Assembly: GCA_900548855.1 (NCBI GenBank)
Contig: URMF01000005.1
Coordinates: forward strand, 2,724-66,723
Direction: 5' to 3'
Length of the DNA stretch: 64,000 nucleotides
Origin: an uncultured Eubacteriales bacterium
Lineage (GTDB): Bacteria > Bacillota > Clostridia > Lachnospirales > Lachnospiraceae
In this document: piece after piece, positions 17,801 to 27,476 of the stretch
How the letters are laid out: every line of letters begins with the position of its first letter
Numbering within the stretch: the stretch's first letter is position 1
Made by a program: the position numbers and the translations under genes
The notes under the pieces: generated by a model
Databases searched by the model: none
What the model was told of the DNA's origin: nothing
What the model saw: only the letters and a program-made list of their open reading frames with translations

Positions 17801-20701
17801 TCAAAATTCTTTTTTCAATGCTCCCTGCTGTGCTTCTTTGTACCGCCTGATGCATTCCTCATACAGTGCATTATGTCCAAATATTTCAAGCGCCCTCTCA
17901 TAGCATTTAACTGCCTTTTCATATTCCTCCATATCTGCATAAATATCCCCCTTCTCACTCCATGCAAAAGGGGACTCAACAAAGCAGCTCAGGATTCCTC
18001 TTTTTTCATTGATTGCCATATCAATATAGCGTAACGCTTCATCATATTTCTTTATACTGCGGTAAAATTGTGCTTTCTTTTCATATCCATAGGAAGTGTC
18101 CGCATTTTCAAACTGGGCTGTGGCAATATCAATATATTTCCGGTATTCCGGCTTCGTTATATCATCCCTCTTTCCAATCGCCAGAAGATAAGGTCCACAT
18201 ATAGAGCTTTTGTTTTCCACGTCAAGCTCCAAGCCCTTTGAAAACATTTTCTCCGCCTCTTCATACATTCCATGCTCTAAATAAATCAAACCCATAGAAC
18301 GGTATATCAGATAGTCCTTCTCATTCCTTTCCCGTACCATTTTAAAATACCTATATGCATCCTCAATATAACCCTCATTCCCATAAAAACAGCACATATT
18401 CCCCATACAGTACTGCACAAGGGAGCTGTCTCCCAATTCCCTGATACAGGTTTCCATAAGCCTTGCACACCCTGCCAGGTTATTCATTCTGACCAGCAGC
18501 TCTGCATGGTCTAAAACATAGTCACCGTCCAGACCAAATTCTTCCTCACAGCTTTCATATACCTTTTTCGCTTCTTCAAAATTTTTCAAACACGACAAAG
18601 CCGCCGCTTTACCGGCATATGCACGTATTCTATACCTTTCCTCTTCTACCAGCAATAAAACCCTGTCATAGCATTCACATGCTCTATGAAATTCTCCCAT
18701 CACATGACAGATTCCGGCAATCCGGCTCAGCAGACTCTTATTTTCAGGGTCATCCTTCAACGCCTCTGTATAATAATACAATGCCTGCTCATCGTTATCC
18801 ATATCCTCATAGTTTGCACCAAGGAGAGTACAAACATCAAAATAATCCTCCAAATCCGTATCCGAACTTCCCTTTTTATGAATAAGTGCAAGCAGTAATG
18901 CATTGGAAGCAGCATAATCCTCATCCTTTGCAAGCAGCCTTGCCCGGTAAATGTCCATTCTATCACTTCTTCCTTCAAATGCGTCAAATCGTGCAATCAC
19001 ATCCCGCATATCATCAAACTGGTCATAATCCCAATAAATTTCAAGCTCCAGCACATATGGTTCACTATAATATGGATATACTCCTATCGCATGCTCACAG
19101 GCATTTAACGCCAGACCATATTGTCCCAGCCTGTCAAAGCTTTTTGCCATATACACATAGGCATCATAGCTGTTATCCCGTTCCAAGAGCTTTTCACAAA
19201 CAGAGACACATGCTGCATAGTTTTCACACTCATACTCTAACCGGCACATCGACTCATAAGCACTTTCAATCAGCCCATGCTCTTTGGATATGGATAGCTC
19301 CAGATATTTTCTCGCCTCATCATATTTTTTCAGCTTAATATAGCAGTCAGCAATAAAATAAGTTACATAACCATACCGGCTTTTTATTTCCAAGCTCTTT
19401 TCCGGCTCAGCCTCCCGGGAAGCCGTCTCCATCGCATTCTTCCATACAAAAAAGTTTTTCAATGCCTTATCATATTCATGCATGTATAAAAAGCTTCTTC
19501 CCAACAAATCATGGTATTCACATATACTGTCCTGGTCGGGCTCAAATGTCTCCAACACCTCTACCGCTTCCCTAAATGCATTATTCCAATAATAACACCA
19601 TGCCAGCTTCAGCTTCCGGTTATCATCCTCTGGGTTTTCCGTTACCTCTTTTTTCAATTGTCCAATGAGACCGCGGTTCGCTTCTACCATGCCGGCATAA
19701 GCACCCTCATCATATCTGTTTTTCTTTAAAAGCTCTAAATAAATATCGCTGGCTTTTTTATATTCCCCTGTGGCACAGTATATCCTTCCCATTCTTGACT
19801 TAACAGCATCGGCGTCCGGTTCGGCTGCCTGTGCCATCTCATAGTATTTCCCTGCATCAGAATAAGCTTCCCTTACAAAGGCAAAATCACCGCAGATAAG
19901 CATAAAAAAAACTTCGTCCTTATATTGTTCAAGGATTGCCTCTGCCCTGTTTTGTATACGGCAAAGCTCCTTAGAATATTTTTCAATTCTCTCCTCCTCA
20001 CTGCTTACACCTGCATTTATGTTGTGAAGTGCATGGCGCAGCCTGCATATCTCTACATAAGGATGATAAATTCCGAATTTCTCTATGGCTTCTATGTATT
20101 TTCCCTCTTCTTCAATATCTATCCTTTCAAGAGCCTCATCCAGCCTGTAATATGTCTCGATAAATTTGTCGATATCACTGTCCGCTGTTTCAAACAGCTC
20201 ATAATTGATACTGTCCTGATACATTGCGTGATTTAACAGAAACTCTATAAAATCCTCCGGATACTTTTCAAGCAGTTTGCCTTTTATCTCCTTTATTTGA
20301 AAGACATCTGTTATCAACTGATATACCTTATGCGGTATAAAGGAATAGTTCATCAAAAAAGAAAGAAGCTTATGCATGGAAGCATCGGCAGTGTCAAGGG
20401 AGACAAATTCATCCCGTGCAAATAATTTTTTCCATTCCTCCACATCAATTCTTCTGTTAAAATCCCTGTAAAGGGTTATCAGCTCATGAAACAACCCATC
20501 TTCCTGCCTGTCCTTTACAGGCACTAATCCATCTATATCAGAATCTGCTTCCTCTAATGCCTCCTCATAAGCTTTTCTAAGCTTCATAAAGCCTTCCGCA
20601 TCATCCTCCGGATTCACAAATACCAGCTTGCTTCTGTATGCCGCCTGTATCTTTTGCTTATCTTTTGTTTTATCCATTCCAAGAATGTTCCACTTATCCA
20701 T
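17801..20701 (-). CDS. J-like-domain / TPR-repeat protein (966 aa)
   Basis: The N-terminus (WNILGMDKTKDKQKIQAAYRSKLVFVNPEDDAEGFMKLRKAYEEAL) follows the DnaJ J-domain consensus, but NPE replaces the HPD tripeptide. The remainder consists of TPR-like helical repeats. Confidence 0.65.
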   Translation of the reverse strand: MDKWNILGMDKTKDKQKIQAAYRSKLVFVNPEDDAEGFMKLRKAYEEALEEADSDIDGLVPVKDRQEDGLFHELITLYRDFNRRIDVEEWKKLFARDEFVSLDTADASMHKLLSFLMNYSFIPHKVYQLITDVFQIKEIKGKLLEKYPEDFIEFLLNHAMYQDSINYELFETADSDIDKFIETYYRLDEALERIDIEEEGKYIEAIEKFGIYHPYVEICRLRHALHNINAGVSSEEERIEKYSKELCRIQNRAEAILEQYKDEVFFMLICGDFAFVREAYSDAGKYYEMAQAAEPDADAVKSRMGRIYCATGEYKKASDIYLELLKKNRYDEGAYAGMVEANRGLIGQLKKEVTENPEDDNRKLKLAWCYYWNNAFREAVEVLETFEPDQDSICEYHDLLGRSFLYMHEYDKALKNFFVWKNAMETASREAEPEKSLEIKSRYGYVTYFIADCYIKLKKYDEARKYLELSISKEHGLIESAYESMCRLEYECENYAACVSVCEKLLERDNSYDAYVYMAKSFDRLGQYGLALNACEHAIGVYPYYSEPYVLELEIYWDYDQFDDMRDVIARFDAFEGRSDRMDIYRARLLAKDEDYAASNALLLALIHKKGSSDTDLEDYFDVCTLLGANYEDMDNDEQALYYYTEALKDDPENKSLLSRIAGICHVMGEFHRACECYDRVLLLVEEERYRIRAYAGKAAALSCLKNFEEAKKVYESCEEEFGLDGDYVLDHAELLVRMNNLAGCARLMETCIRELGDSSLVQYCMGNMCCFYGNEGYIEDAYRYFKMVRERNEKDYLIYRSMGLIYLEHGMYEEAEKMFSKGLELDVENKSSICGPYLLAIGKRDDITKPEYRKYIDIATAQFENADTSYGYEKKAQFYRSIKKYDEALRYIDMAINEKRGILSCFVESPFAWSEKGDIYADMEEYEKAVKCYERALEIFGHNALYEECIRRYKEAQQGALKKEF

Positions 20702-20834
20702 ATTGCCTCCGTATCCTTTCGGATATACTTTTATATGTTGAACCTTTTAAAGCGCTGTTTGATGAACTCCATCTTTTTCTCATCTAAAAGCGTATGTTCT
20801 GACTTAGATTATATAGTAAAAAATGCAAAATGCA

Positions 20835-20881
20835 AAATTTGACTATTTAGAAGTCTTTATATGTTCTAAATAGTCAAATTT
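20835..20881 (-). terminator. Rho-independent terminator after the ABC-2 transporter operon
   Basis: Perfect 18 bp inverted repeat AAATTTGACTATTTAGAA / TTCTAAATAGTCAAATTT with an 11 nt loop. On the minus strand it is followed by TTGCATTTTGCATTTTTT. Confidence 0.7.
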
Positions 20882-20899
20882 GGCATTTTATTTTTTCTT

Positions 20900-21703
20900 C
20901 TACGTTCCCGAACTTCCATAGCGTTTTATCCCCTTATTCCACAACCAATATGCTATTATAGCCATAACCATTGCCATAACCGGTGGAAAAAATGCAATCC
21001 ATATATGCTGTAAATTTTTGCCAAGAATAAATGCCACAGGATAATATCCGGTAAGGGCATATGGAATCACAAAGGTCAACAATCCCTGCACGCCTTTGGA
21101 ATAAATGGAAATCGGATAATCACAAAAGTTCTTTAATCCATAATCATTATTCGTCAGCAGTGAAACTATCTCCTCGTTTTTTACCGTCCAAAAGCTGACT
21201 GCTCCTGTTATAATTGTGATAGCCGAAAAGATAACAAAAGCCGAAGTTGCACTCATACAATAATAAAATACAGTAGCTGCTGTCCAATGAATCTGAAGCC
21301 TCTGCATGCTATATACCCAGAAAAATGCCGCAAAAATTAATCTTGGAAAAAAGGTATACTGAAATTGCTGCATAACCAGATATGTCAATGGACGGATTGG
21401 ACGAGTTAAGTATAAATCAAAATTTCCACTTCGTACAAGTTCTCCAATATCCTTCATCGGGCTCCAGAAAAAGAAACAGCTAAAAGAGTAGGATAACCAG
21501 CTAGTGGTAAATAAAAAGAAAACCTCATATTGACTCCATCCGGCAATATTTTTAAAATTATGGAAAATAACATAAAAACCTGCAAAATAGACTCCAATAA
21601 GGATGGAATTCGCAATCAATTCAAATAAAAGCGAAAAGTGATACTCCATTTTTCCCTTCATGTATATGATAATAAACCGCCGATACATTCTGAAATATCT
21701 CAT
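20900..21703 (-). CDS. ABC-2-type transporter permease (uncharacterised COG3694-like family)
   Basis: Polytopic membrane protein. The track start (21724) is TTG. ATG 21703 (MRYFRMY...) follows AAGGAGGGTGAAAAG. It is the third gene of an ATPase-permease-permease trio. Confidence 0.7.
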   Translation of the reverse strand: MRYFRMYRRFIIIYMKGKMEYHFSLLFELIANSILIGVYFAGFYVIFHNFKNIAGWSQYEVFFLFTTSWLSYSFSCFFFWSPMKDIGELVRSGNFDLYLTRPIRPLTYLVMQQFQYTFFPRLIFAAFFWVYSMQRLQIHWTAATVFYYCMSATSAFVIFSAITIITGAVSFWTVKNEEIVSLLTNNDYGLKNFCDYPISIYSKGVQGLLTFVIPYALTGYYPVAFILGKNLQHIWIAFFPPVMAMVMAIIAYWLWNKGIKRYGSSGT

Positions 21704-21707
21704 CTTT

Positions 21708-22499
21708 TCACCCTCCTTGTACAATTAGTTTCTTTTTCCCAATTTTCCAGACAAGCTCCACCGTGCAAAACAAAACGAGCATCCAAATAAGCTGTATGAT
21801 AATGTTTTCCAATACATCCTGCCCTTTCATCCGGCTTGTCAGAATCGTCACAGGTATCGCATATATCGCACGAAATGGAAGAAAGCAGTTCAATTTATAT
21901 AAGAATTCCGGAAACATCGTTACCGGAATCCATACCCCGGATAACAGCTTATATATGGCATTCAAAAGCATATTCAACGGCCAGGTTACAATCAGCCAGA
22001 ATGCTAACAGTCCAATAATAAGTGCGTATAAAAACTGGATGCAATATGCCAGTCCCACAGACAGCAACCCGGGAAGTATTTGTGCTATACAAAGCAAAGG
22101 TTTATTTATGATAGCTGTCACAAGTACACTCAATGGAATACAGTAGAACAACACCTTTATTGCCGTATCGCCAATATGCCTTGAGAAAACCATTTTCCTA
22201 AAATCCATAGGTCTTATCAATTCCATAGCAATATTTCCAGTCCGAATCTGATTGTTTATCCACTCTATCGTATTACATTCAATAAATGTTGAAATGATAG
22301 TCGCCACAATAATATACCTTAAAGTCTCTTCCTTATTCAGCAGAGGATTTATCTGATTTTTTTGAATAAACAAAGCATTCCAAATAGAAAATTGCAGATA
22401 CAGATATATTATCTTCGAGAAAAGCTTTGCCCACACAGAACTAGGATATATAAGATGTTCCTTCATCCCTATCACAATATAATCTACATACGTTTTCAT
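21708..22499 (-). CDS. ABC-2-type transporter permease (COG4587-like)
   Basis: 263 aa polytopic membrane protein. It overlaps the ATPase stop by 4 nt (ATGA). Confidence 0.7.
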   Translation of the reverse strand: MKTYVDYIVIGMKEHLIYPSSVWAKLFSKIIYLYLQFSIWNALFIQKNQINPLLNKEETLRYIIVATIISTFIECNTIEWINNQIRTGNIAMELIRPMDFRKMVFSRHIGDTAIKVLFYCIPLSVLVTAIINKPLLCIAQILPGLLSVGLAYCIQFLYALIIGLLAFWLIVTWPLNMLLNAIYKLLSGVWIPVTMFPEFLYKLNCFLPFRAIYAIPVTILTSRMKGQDVLENIIIQLIWMLVLFCTVELVWKIGKKKLIVQGG

Positions 22500-23332
22500 A
22501 AAAATTCTCCTTCATATACACTCCTGATTATACTTTCCAGACTGCAATCGGTATTGTCCGCTTCACCAATTGTTCCCGTATCAGAAGCATGATATGTCCT
22601 TTTTAACTCATTTAACGTACCTGAATATAAAAGCTTTCCTTTGTCAATAATAATCATTTTCTCGCATAAATCTTCAATATCGGACATATCATGAGTAGTC
22701 AATATTATTGTCGTATTTCTTTCCCGGTTAATGGTGTGAATAAAATCCCGTATTTTCATTTTTGCTAATACATCAATTCCAATTGTAGGCTCATCAAGAA
22801 ATAAAACATCTGGATTATGTAACAATGCTGCTGCTAAATCTGCTTTCATTCTTTGCCCTAAGCTCAGAAGTCTTGGTGGCTTTTGCACAAAATCAGACAG
22901 GTTTAGAATATCGGAAAAAATCTCAATATTTTCCTTATAAACCGCTTTGGGAACATGATACATATCTTTGAACAGCCTAAAAGATTCCATAACCGGAATA
23001 TCCCAGCACAACTGGCTTCTCTGCCCAAAGACAACACCAATCTTTGAAACAATCTGCCTATGATATTTTTTCATGTCCAAACCATTAATCATTATGTCCC
23101 CCTGGTCAGGCGTTAAAATGCCCGTCAGCATCTTCAAGGTTGTAGATTTACCTGCTCCATTTGCACCTATAAATCCAACAATCTCCCCTGTTAGAATTGT
23201 AAAAGAAAGATTATCTACTGCGGTAATCCACTTATGTTGTGGCGCAATAAGCTGTCTCACAGCTTCCTTCCTGTTCGCAGCTCTCTTTCTTATCCTGTAC
23301 CGCTTGGTTAAATTTTTTACTTCAACACTCAT
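22496..23332 (-). CDS. ABC transporter ATP-binding protein
   Basis: Walker A GANGAGKSTTLKML, signature LSLGQRMKADLAAAL and Walker B VLFLDEPTIGID. The start is set at ATG 23332 (MSVEVKNLTKRY), which follows AGGAGGTG. Confidence 0.9.
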   Translation of the reverse strand: MSVEVKNLTKRYRIRKRAANRKEAVRQLIAPQHKWITAVDNLSFTILTGEIVGFIGANGAGKSTTLKMLTGILTPDQGDIMINGLDMKKYHRQIVSKIGVVFGQRSQLCWDIPVMESFRLFKDMYHVPKAVYKENIEIFSDILNLSDFVQKPPRLLSLGQRMKADLAAALLHNPDVLFLDEPTIGIDVLAKMKIRDFIHTINRERNTTIILTTHDMSDIEDLCEKMIIIDKGKLLYSGTLNELKRTYHASDTGTIGEADNTDCSLESIIRSVYEGEFL

Positions 23333-23411
23333 AAATCTTGCACCTCCTGCCTCTCTCATGTATAATAGCACCAGATTATACATCAGTAAAATTGAATAAA
23401 TCGAACCAAAC

Positions 23412-23427
23412 ATTCATTTTTTTGAAT
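23412..23427. promoter_or_regulatory. Candidate LysR-type (T-N11-A) operator in the divergent intergenic region
   Basis: ATTCA-tttttt-TGAAT inverted repeat, with a further TGAAT half-site at 23393-23397. It lies between the ABC operon and the divergent LysR gene. Judged by eye only. Confidence 0.3.
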
Positions 23428-23455
23428 AATAAATCTTATATAAGGGGAAATATAA

Positions 23456-24334
23456 ATGACTCTCATCCAGTTAGAAACATTTTTAAAAATTGCAGAAAAA
23501 AACAGTTTTACATATGCTGCTAATGCATTGGGATATGCCCAGTCAACAGTCACCACACAAATAAAGCAGCTTGAAGACGAACTGAATTGTATGTTGTTTG
23601 AAAGGCTGGGAAAATCTATTGTTCTCACTTCAGAAGGTGAAAGATTACTGATATATGCACAAAAAATACTTCAGTTAGAACAGGAAATATTATTGGAAGT
23701 GCCACCACAATCCGAGCCGGCTGGCATCCTGCGGTTAGGAATTTCCGAATCATTATGCTATGGTGTTTTTCCACAAATACTATCGGAATATAAACATAAT
23801 TTTCCAAAAATCGAAATTCAGCTTAAGTTTATTGACCACATATCATTTCCACTATTATTAAAAAATGGTGGTTTAGATATGGTCTACACATTAAATCCAT
23901 ACATAGAATCAAACGAGCTTACCATGTTGTATAAAAAACCGGAAACTCTAGGATTTTATGTTAGTCCAAAATATCCACTCGCGCAGAAAGAAAGCGTTAA
24001 GGAAATAAATCTTGAGAATGTTCCACTGCTTCTTACATCTCATGATTGCAATTTCAGGGCAATGCTTGTTGAAGCACTGTTAAAACTACATATTACCCCT
24101 AACATTGTTTTAGAAACAAGCAGCAAAGAAATATTAAAACAATTTGCCATGAACCAGCTTGGAGTGGCTTTCATGCCGGATATGGTTGTAGAAAAAGAAA
24201 TGAAGAATAACTCTCTGATAAAACTAAATTGGGCCGGAAACGCATTTCCCATATTCTCACAGATTTTTGTTCACAAAGATAAGCATATAAATACAGCAAT
24301 GACAGAGTTAATCAAAATGATAGAGAATTCTTAA
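23456..24334 (+). CDS. LysR-family transcriptional regulator
   Basis: 292 aa. The N-terminal HTH reads LIQLETFLKIAEKNSFTYAANALGYAQSTVTTQIKQLEDEL, followed by a substrate-binding-type C-terminal domain. It is divergent from the ABC-2 operon. Confidence 0.9.
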   Translation: MTLIQLETFLKIAEKNSFTYAANALGYAQSTVTTQIKQLEDELNCMLFERLGKSIVLTSEGERLLIYAQKILQLEQEILLEVPPQSEPAGILRLGISESLCYGVFPQILSEYKHNFPKIEIQLKFIDHISFPLLLKNGGLDMVYTLNPYIESNELTMLYKKPETLGFYVSPKYPLAQKESVKEINLENVPLLLTSHDCNFRAMLVEALLKLHITPNIVLETSSKEILKQFAMNQLGVAFMPDMVVEKEMKNNSLIKLNWAGNAFPIFSQIFVHKDKHINTAMTELIKMIENS

Positions 24335-24519
24335 CCGCCACTTGCCTTCCCTGTTCTATTCATATTATGGACGATATCCAATATTTTTTTCGTCCAGTCA
24401 TCATCCTGTGGACCAACCAGATAAACCTTAAAACCATACAGCTTTCCATTTTGCAATACCGACACATCATCATCTATATGCGCCTCCTTCCAAAAATCCA
24501 CCCATTCTGCTACTTTCAA
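24331..24519 (-). CDS. Hypothetical small protein (62 aa)
   Basis: ORF only; no recognisable motif. Its 3' end overlaps the convergent LysR stop by 4 nt. Confidence 0.35.
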   Translation of the reverse strand: MKVAEWVDFWKEAHIDDDVSVLQNGKLYGFKVYLVGPQDDDWTKKILDIVHNMNRTGKASGG

Positions 24520-24536
24520 TCTCTATAAATTTTCTA

Positions 24537-24968
24537 TTACCGCCCCAATAACTCGACATCCTCATAGCTGATTTTTATATCACTAACTATATCCTTATAT
24601 TTCAATAACTCTGCCTTATTCATTGAATCAAAATCATATTGATTATAATTAAAACTTGAAACATCCGGAATACGACATGTTCCAACTGCCACAGCTTCTA
24701 TTCTAATTTCCATGTTAATTAATAATATAAATGGCATCTCAAATGATATTAAAATATCTTCTCCCACGACTTTTATATTTTCAACACTAAACTCATCTGA
24801 ATCAATTATAGAGCAATCAACTACTTCCACCTTGCCTTGATTCGCTTCACTTTTACTAATTATCCCCATAATTGTTTCTGCCTGTGAAAGATTCTCCACG
24901 TAATCAGATATGCATTCCCACAAAAGTGTTTCAGATAAATTTTCAACTAATTCCTCTATATATTTCAT
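24537..24968 (-). CDS. Hypothetical acidic protein (143 aa)
   Basis: The ORF has AGGAGGA upstream. No recognisable family and no TM segment. Confidence 0.5.
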   Translation of the reverse strand: MKYIEELVENLSETLLWECISDYVENLSQAETIMGIISKSEANQGKVEVVDCSIIDSDEFSVENIKVVGEDILISFEMPFILLINMEIRIEAVAVGTCRIPDVSSFNYNQYDFDSMNKAELLKYKDIVSDIKISYEDVELLGR

Positions 24969-25117
24969 TAAAATAAATCCTCCTGTTCATATAATTCACA
25001 TATCACGAATCCCATTTTGGCAAAGGTGCTGTCAAGAGTCTGGTATATCCCATCCAGACAATACTTCTTTTCAATCTTGATTATATTATCATCCATGCGG
25101 ATAATCATTTTCAGCAT
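24968..25117 (-). CDS. Possible small ORF (49 aa), stop overlapping the next start (TAATG)
   Basis: My translation is MLKMIIRMDDNIIKIEKKYCLDGIYQTLDSTFAKMGFVICELYEQEDLF. The only support is the coupling geometry with the 143 aa ORF. Confidence 0.3.
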   Translation of the reverse strand: MLKMIIRMDDNIIKIEKKYCLDGIYQTLDSTFAKMGFVICELYEQEDLF

Positions 25118-25189
25118 ATTGAAGAACAGCCTTGTGAAATGATATAGTTATCATACCATTATAAATGCTTTTCTACGACCGCCAAAAAC

Positions 25190-26875
25190 CTACCATATTT
25201 CAATATATGTTACAAATTGAAGTTTTTCCCCCTTGGTCGCCTGTATGCAGATACGTGCAGGAATTATACTGTCTTGTTTATATCTCGGTATACATGTGTA
25301 AGCATCTGCATATCCGTCAACCAGCATTTTCTCTGCCCCCATGTCATACTCATTTTTAAGCTCTGCCACAAGCTTTGGAACATATAACACATTCTGTTCA
25401 GGCAATGGCATTCCAAGCGATGCCGGTACAACAGGTATTTCCACAAGATTACTCTTTTTCACCTCTGCAAAAGCTTTCTCCTGTGTGCTGATGGAAGCTG
25501 CATCAAGCTCGTTCACCGCCTGTGCCATCTGATACCGGATTTCATTTTCATAACACCATGGCGAAGTCACATCCGCACGATAACTTACATCTAAAACCTC
25601 ATTTCCCCGAACAGTTATTCCCACACCATGTTCCGTTTCAAAATCACACTCAAAGCCAAGCATATACCCAGGCTCATTTCCATGGGGAGGCAGAATCATA
25701 ATATCTCCTGAGCCAAGCCGCAGGATAAGCCGGCTCTTATCGGCAGCAACGCCTGTTTCTTCGGCAATATATTGAATCCCATCATTAAATGTATCATACA
25801 GCTTATCAGAAATCTGCTGCAATAAGGCTTCCGGCATATTGCTTACATGACAAATGCACCTGTCAACATACTCCTGTGCCACACCCTTTGCCACACGCAA
25901 TTCCAAAGACTGTTCAAAGGCTGGCACTTGAATATTCCCCTCCTGCAGTTTTTCGCCCGGAAAATAGTAATCCGCTTCTGCCGCTTCCACTTCTTCCTGC
26001 ATAATTAGATAATAACGATATCTCTGGTCAAGTCTCTCTTCTAACCTGTGGTAAATATCCCATGAAAAATCAATACAATAAAAATAATGTTCCAGATTAC
26101 GAATCACTGCATAATAGTCATTATCATAGCAGATTGTTCTCTCCGTACGTGGGCGCTTATCCCGAAGCTCTCCAAGCATCGCTCCTTCATAATAACTATT
26201 TAAAAAAGGCAGAATATCCTCCGTAAAATCCTCACGCCCTACAACACAGTCCATTTCGGCACTTACAAATGCTACCGGACTTGCCTGTTCCTGTTTGATT
26301 TTTTCAATCTCCACCGCACTATGCTCCTGCCAAAATTCCTCACTGCAAAAATCATGCTTTATCATCCATGCCAGCAAATACGCAATGTAGCCACAGGCAT
26401 AATCATAGATAATATCATTCTCCTGCTCTGTCAGTTCTTCTAAGGTTGTATTATGTATCTCACAGTATTCCTTTGCTGCGTCATCCCACGTCCATTTTGC
26501 TTTATATGCAGTAAACCTTATCTGATTCCATGGCACATTTGTCTGCTGTTTCTGATTGTTCATCTGTCTTTTTTTCTTTTTCCCAGAATGATGTACAAAA
26601 AATATAATTGCAATGACTACACCACCGATAATCCAGAAAAACAGAGACACCATCGGCTCTCCCACGGGAAAACTAAATGCACCCATTCCCAAGAAGAAGA
26701 CCAGAAATTTCATTCCAAGACCAGTGCTTAAAATGAATTTTTTCTTCATACTGTACCGCACAAATCCACCAATGGTAATGATGAGAAACACAGCAAAACA
26801 GATACCAAGAATTAAATATTCTGCTGCAACGGCAGCATCCGGGCTGTATTCAGAATCAAATGACATTCCAATCAT
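25190..26875 (-). CDS. Membrane-anchored hypothetical protein (561 aa)
   Basis: Three to four N-terminal TM helices are followed by a basic stretch (KKKKRQMNNQKQQ) and a ~440 aa soluble region with no catalytic motif I recognise. The segment FECDFETEHGVGITVRGNEVLDVSYRAD resembles a WDxEHGxGV-type signature I associate with immunity-like DUFs; this is from memory and unverified. Confidence 0.55.
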   Translation of the reverse strand: MIGMSFDSEYSPDAAVAAEYLILGICFAVFLIITIGGFVRYSMKKKFILSTGLGMKFLVFFLGMGAFSFPVGEPMVSLFFWIIGGVVIAIIFFVHHSGKKKKRQMNNQKQQTNVPWNQIRFTAYKAKWTWDDAAKEYCEIHNTTLEELTEQENDIIYDYACGYIAYLLAWMIKHDFCSEEFWQEHSAVEIEKIKQEQASPVAFVSAEMDCVVGREDFTEDILPFLNSYYEGAMLGELRDKRPRTERTICYDNDYYAVIRNLEHYFYCIDFSWDIYHRLEERLDQRYRYYLIMQEEVEAAEADYYFPGEKLQEGNIQVPAFEQSLELRVAKGVAQEYVDRCICHVSNMPEALLQQISDKLYDTFNDGIQYIAEETGVAADKSRLILRLGSGDIMILPPHGNEPGYMLGFECDFETEHGVGITVRGNEVLDVSYRADVTSPWCYENEIRYQMAQAVNELDAASISTQEKAFAEVKKSNLVEIPVVPASLGMPLPEQNVLYVPKLVAELKNEYDMGAEKMLVDGYADAYTCIPRYKQDSIIPARICIQATKGEKLQFVTYIEIW

Positions 26876-26958
26876 CGTTCTGCCAGTATCAGCTCCAGCA
26901 ATGCTTCTATCGTTAATATGATTAATTTTATAACACTGCTTTTTCTTTTCTCTTCCAT
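26872..26958 (-). CDS. Possible 28 aa upstream peptide, stop overlapping the 561 aa ORF start (ATGA)
   Basis: My translation is MEEKRKSSVIKLIILTIEALLELILAER. GGAGGGctaaggct precedes the ATG. Confidence 0.25.
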   Translation of the reverse strand: MEEKRKSSVIKLIILTIEALLELILAER

Positions 26959-27032
26959 AGCCTTAGCCCTCCAAACTGACCTTTCTTCCCGTCAAAAATC
27001 CATCTATCCCAAAAAGGATGCCGGTTCATGAT

Positions 27033-27476
27033 TTATGCACATATTCTTCCTTCTTTATAACATTCACAAATATACTCCCGTGACTGATAATAAAAATCTG
27101 TATTATAATTTGATATTGCATCATCAATCCAAGAAGAATAAACTTCTATAATATGATTAATTATACTATCTATATCATCTCCTGCAATATCCTCAATCAA
27201 ACGCTCATATATTTCACCAACAGTCCAATAGTCAGGTACTTCATATCGACACATTGCTACATTATCAAAAGAATCTACCGGAATATTGCAACGATTAATA
27301 AACTCATCTGCAATCTTTTCAATCGGTTCACAATGAAAAACATCTGCATATTTGTAGATTCTTCTTACCGTGTCTTTGCCAAGATATTTCACCACAACAG
27401 ACCTTCTCTGTTTTTGTTGCCTTCCAATATATTCAATCAAACTACATGTAAAAAACAATGCATTGTCATTCTTCAT
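27033..27476 (-). CDS. DUF3791-like protein
   Basis: 147 aa starting MKNDNALFFTCSLIEYIGRQQKQRRSVVVKYLGKDTVRRIYKYADVFHCEPIEKIADEF. This matches my recollection of DUF3791, a family defined from gut metagenomes that usually sits next to DUF3990. It overlaps the upstream gene by 11 nt. Confidence 0.6.
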   Translation of the reverse strand: MKNDNALFFTCSLIEYIGRQQKQRRSVVVKYLGKDTVRRIYKYADVFHCEPIEKIADEFINRCNIPVDSFDNVAMCRYEVPDYWTVGEIYERLIEDIAGDDIDSIINHIIEVYSSWIDDAISNYNTDFYYQSREYICECYKEGRICA

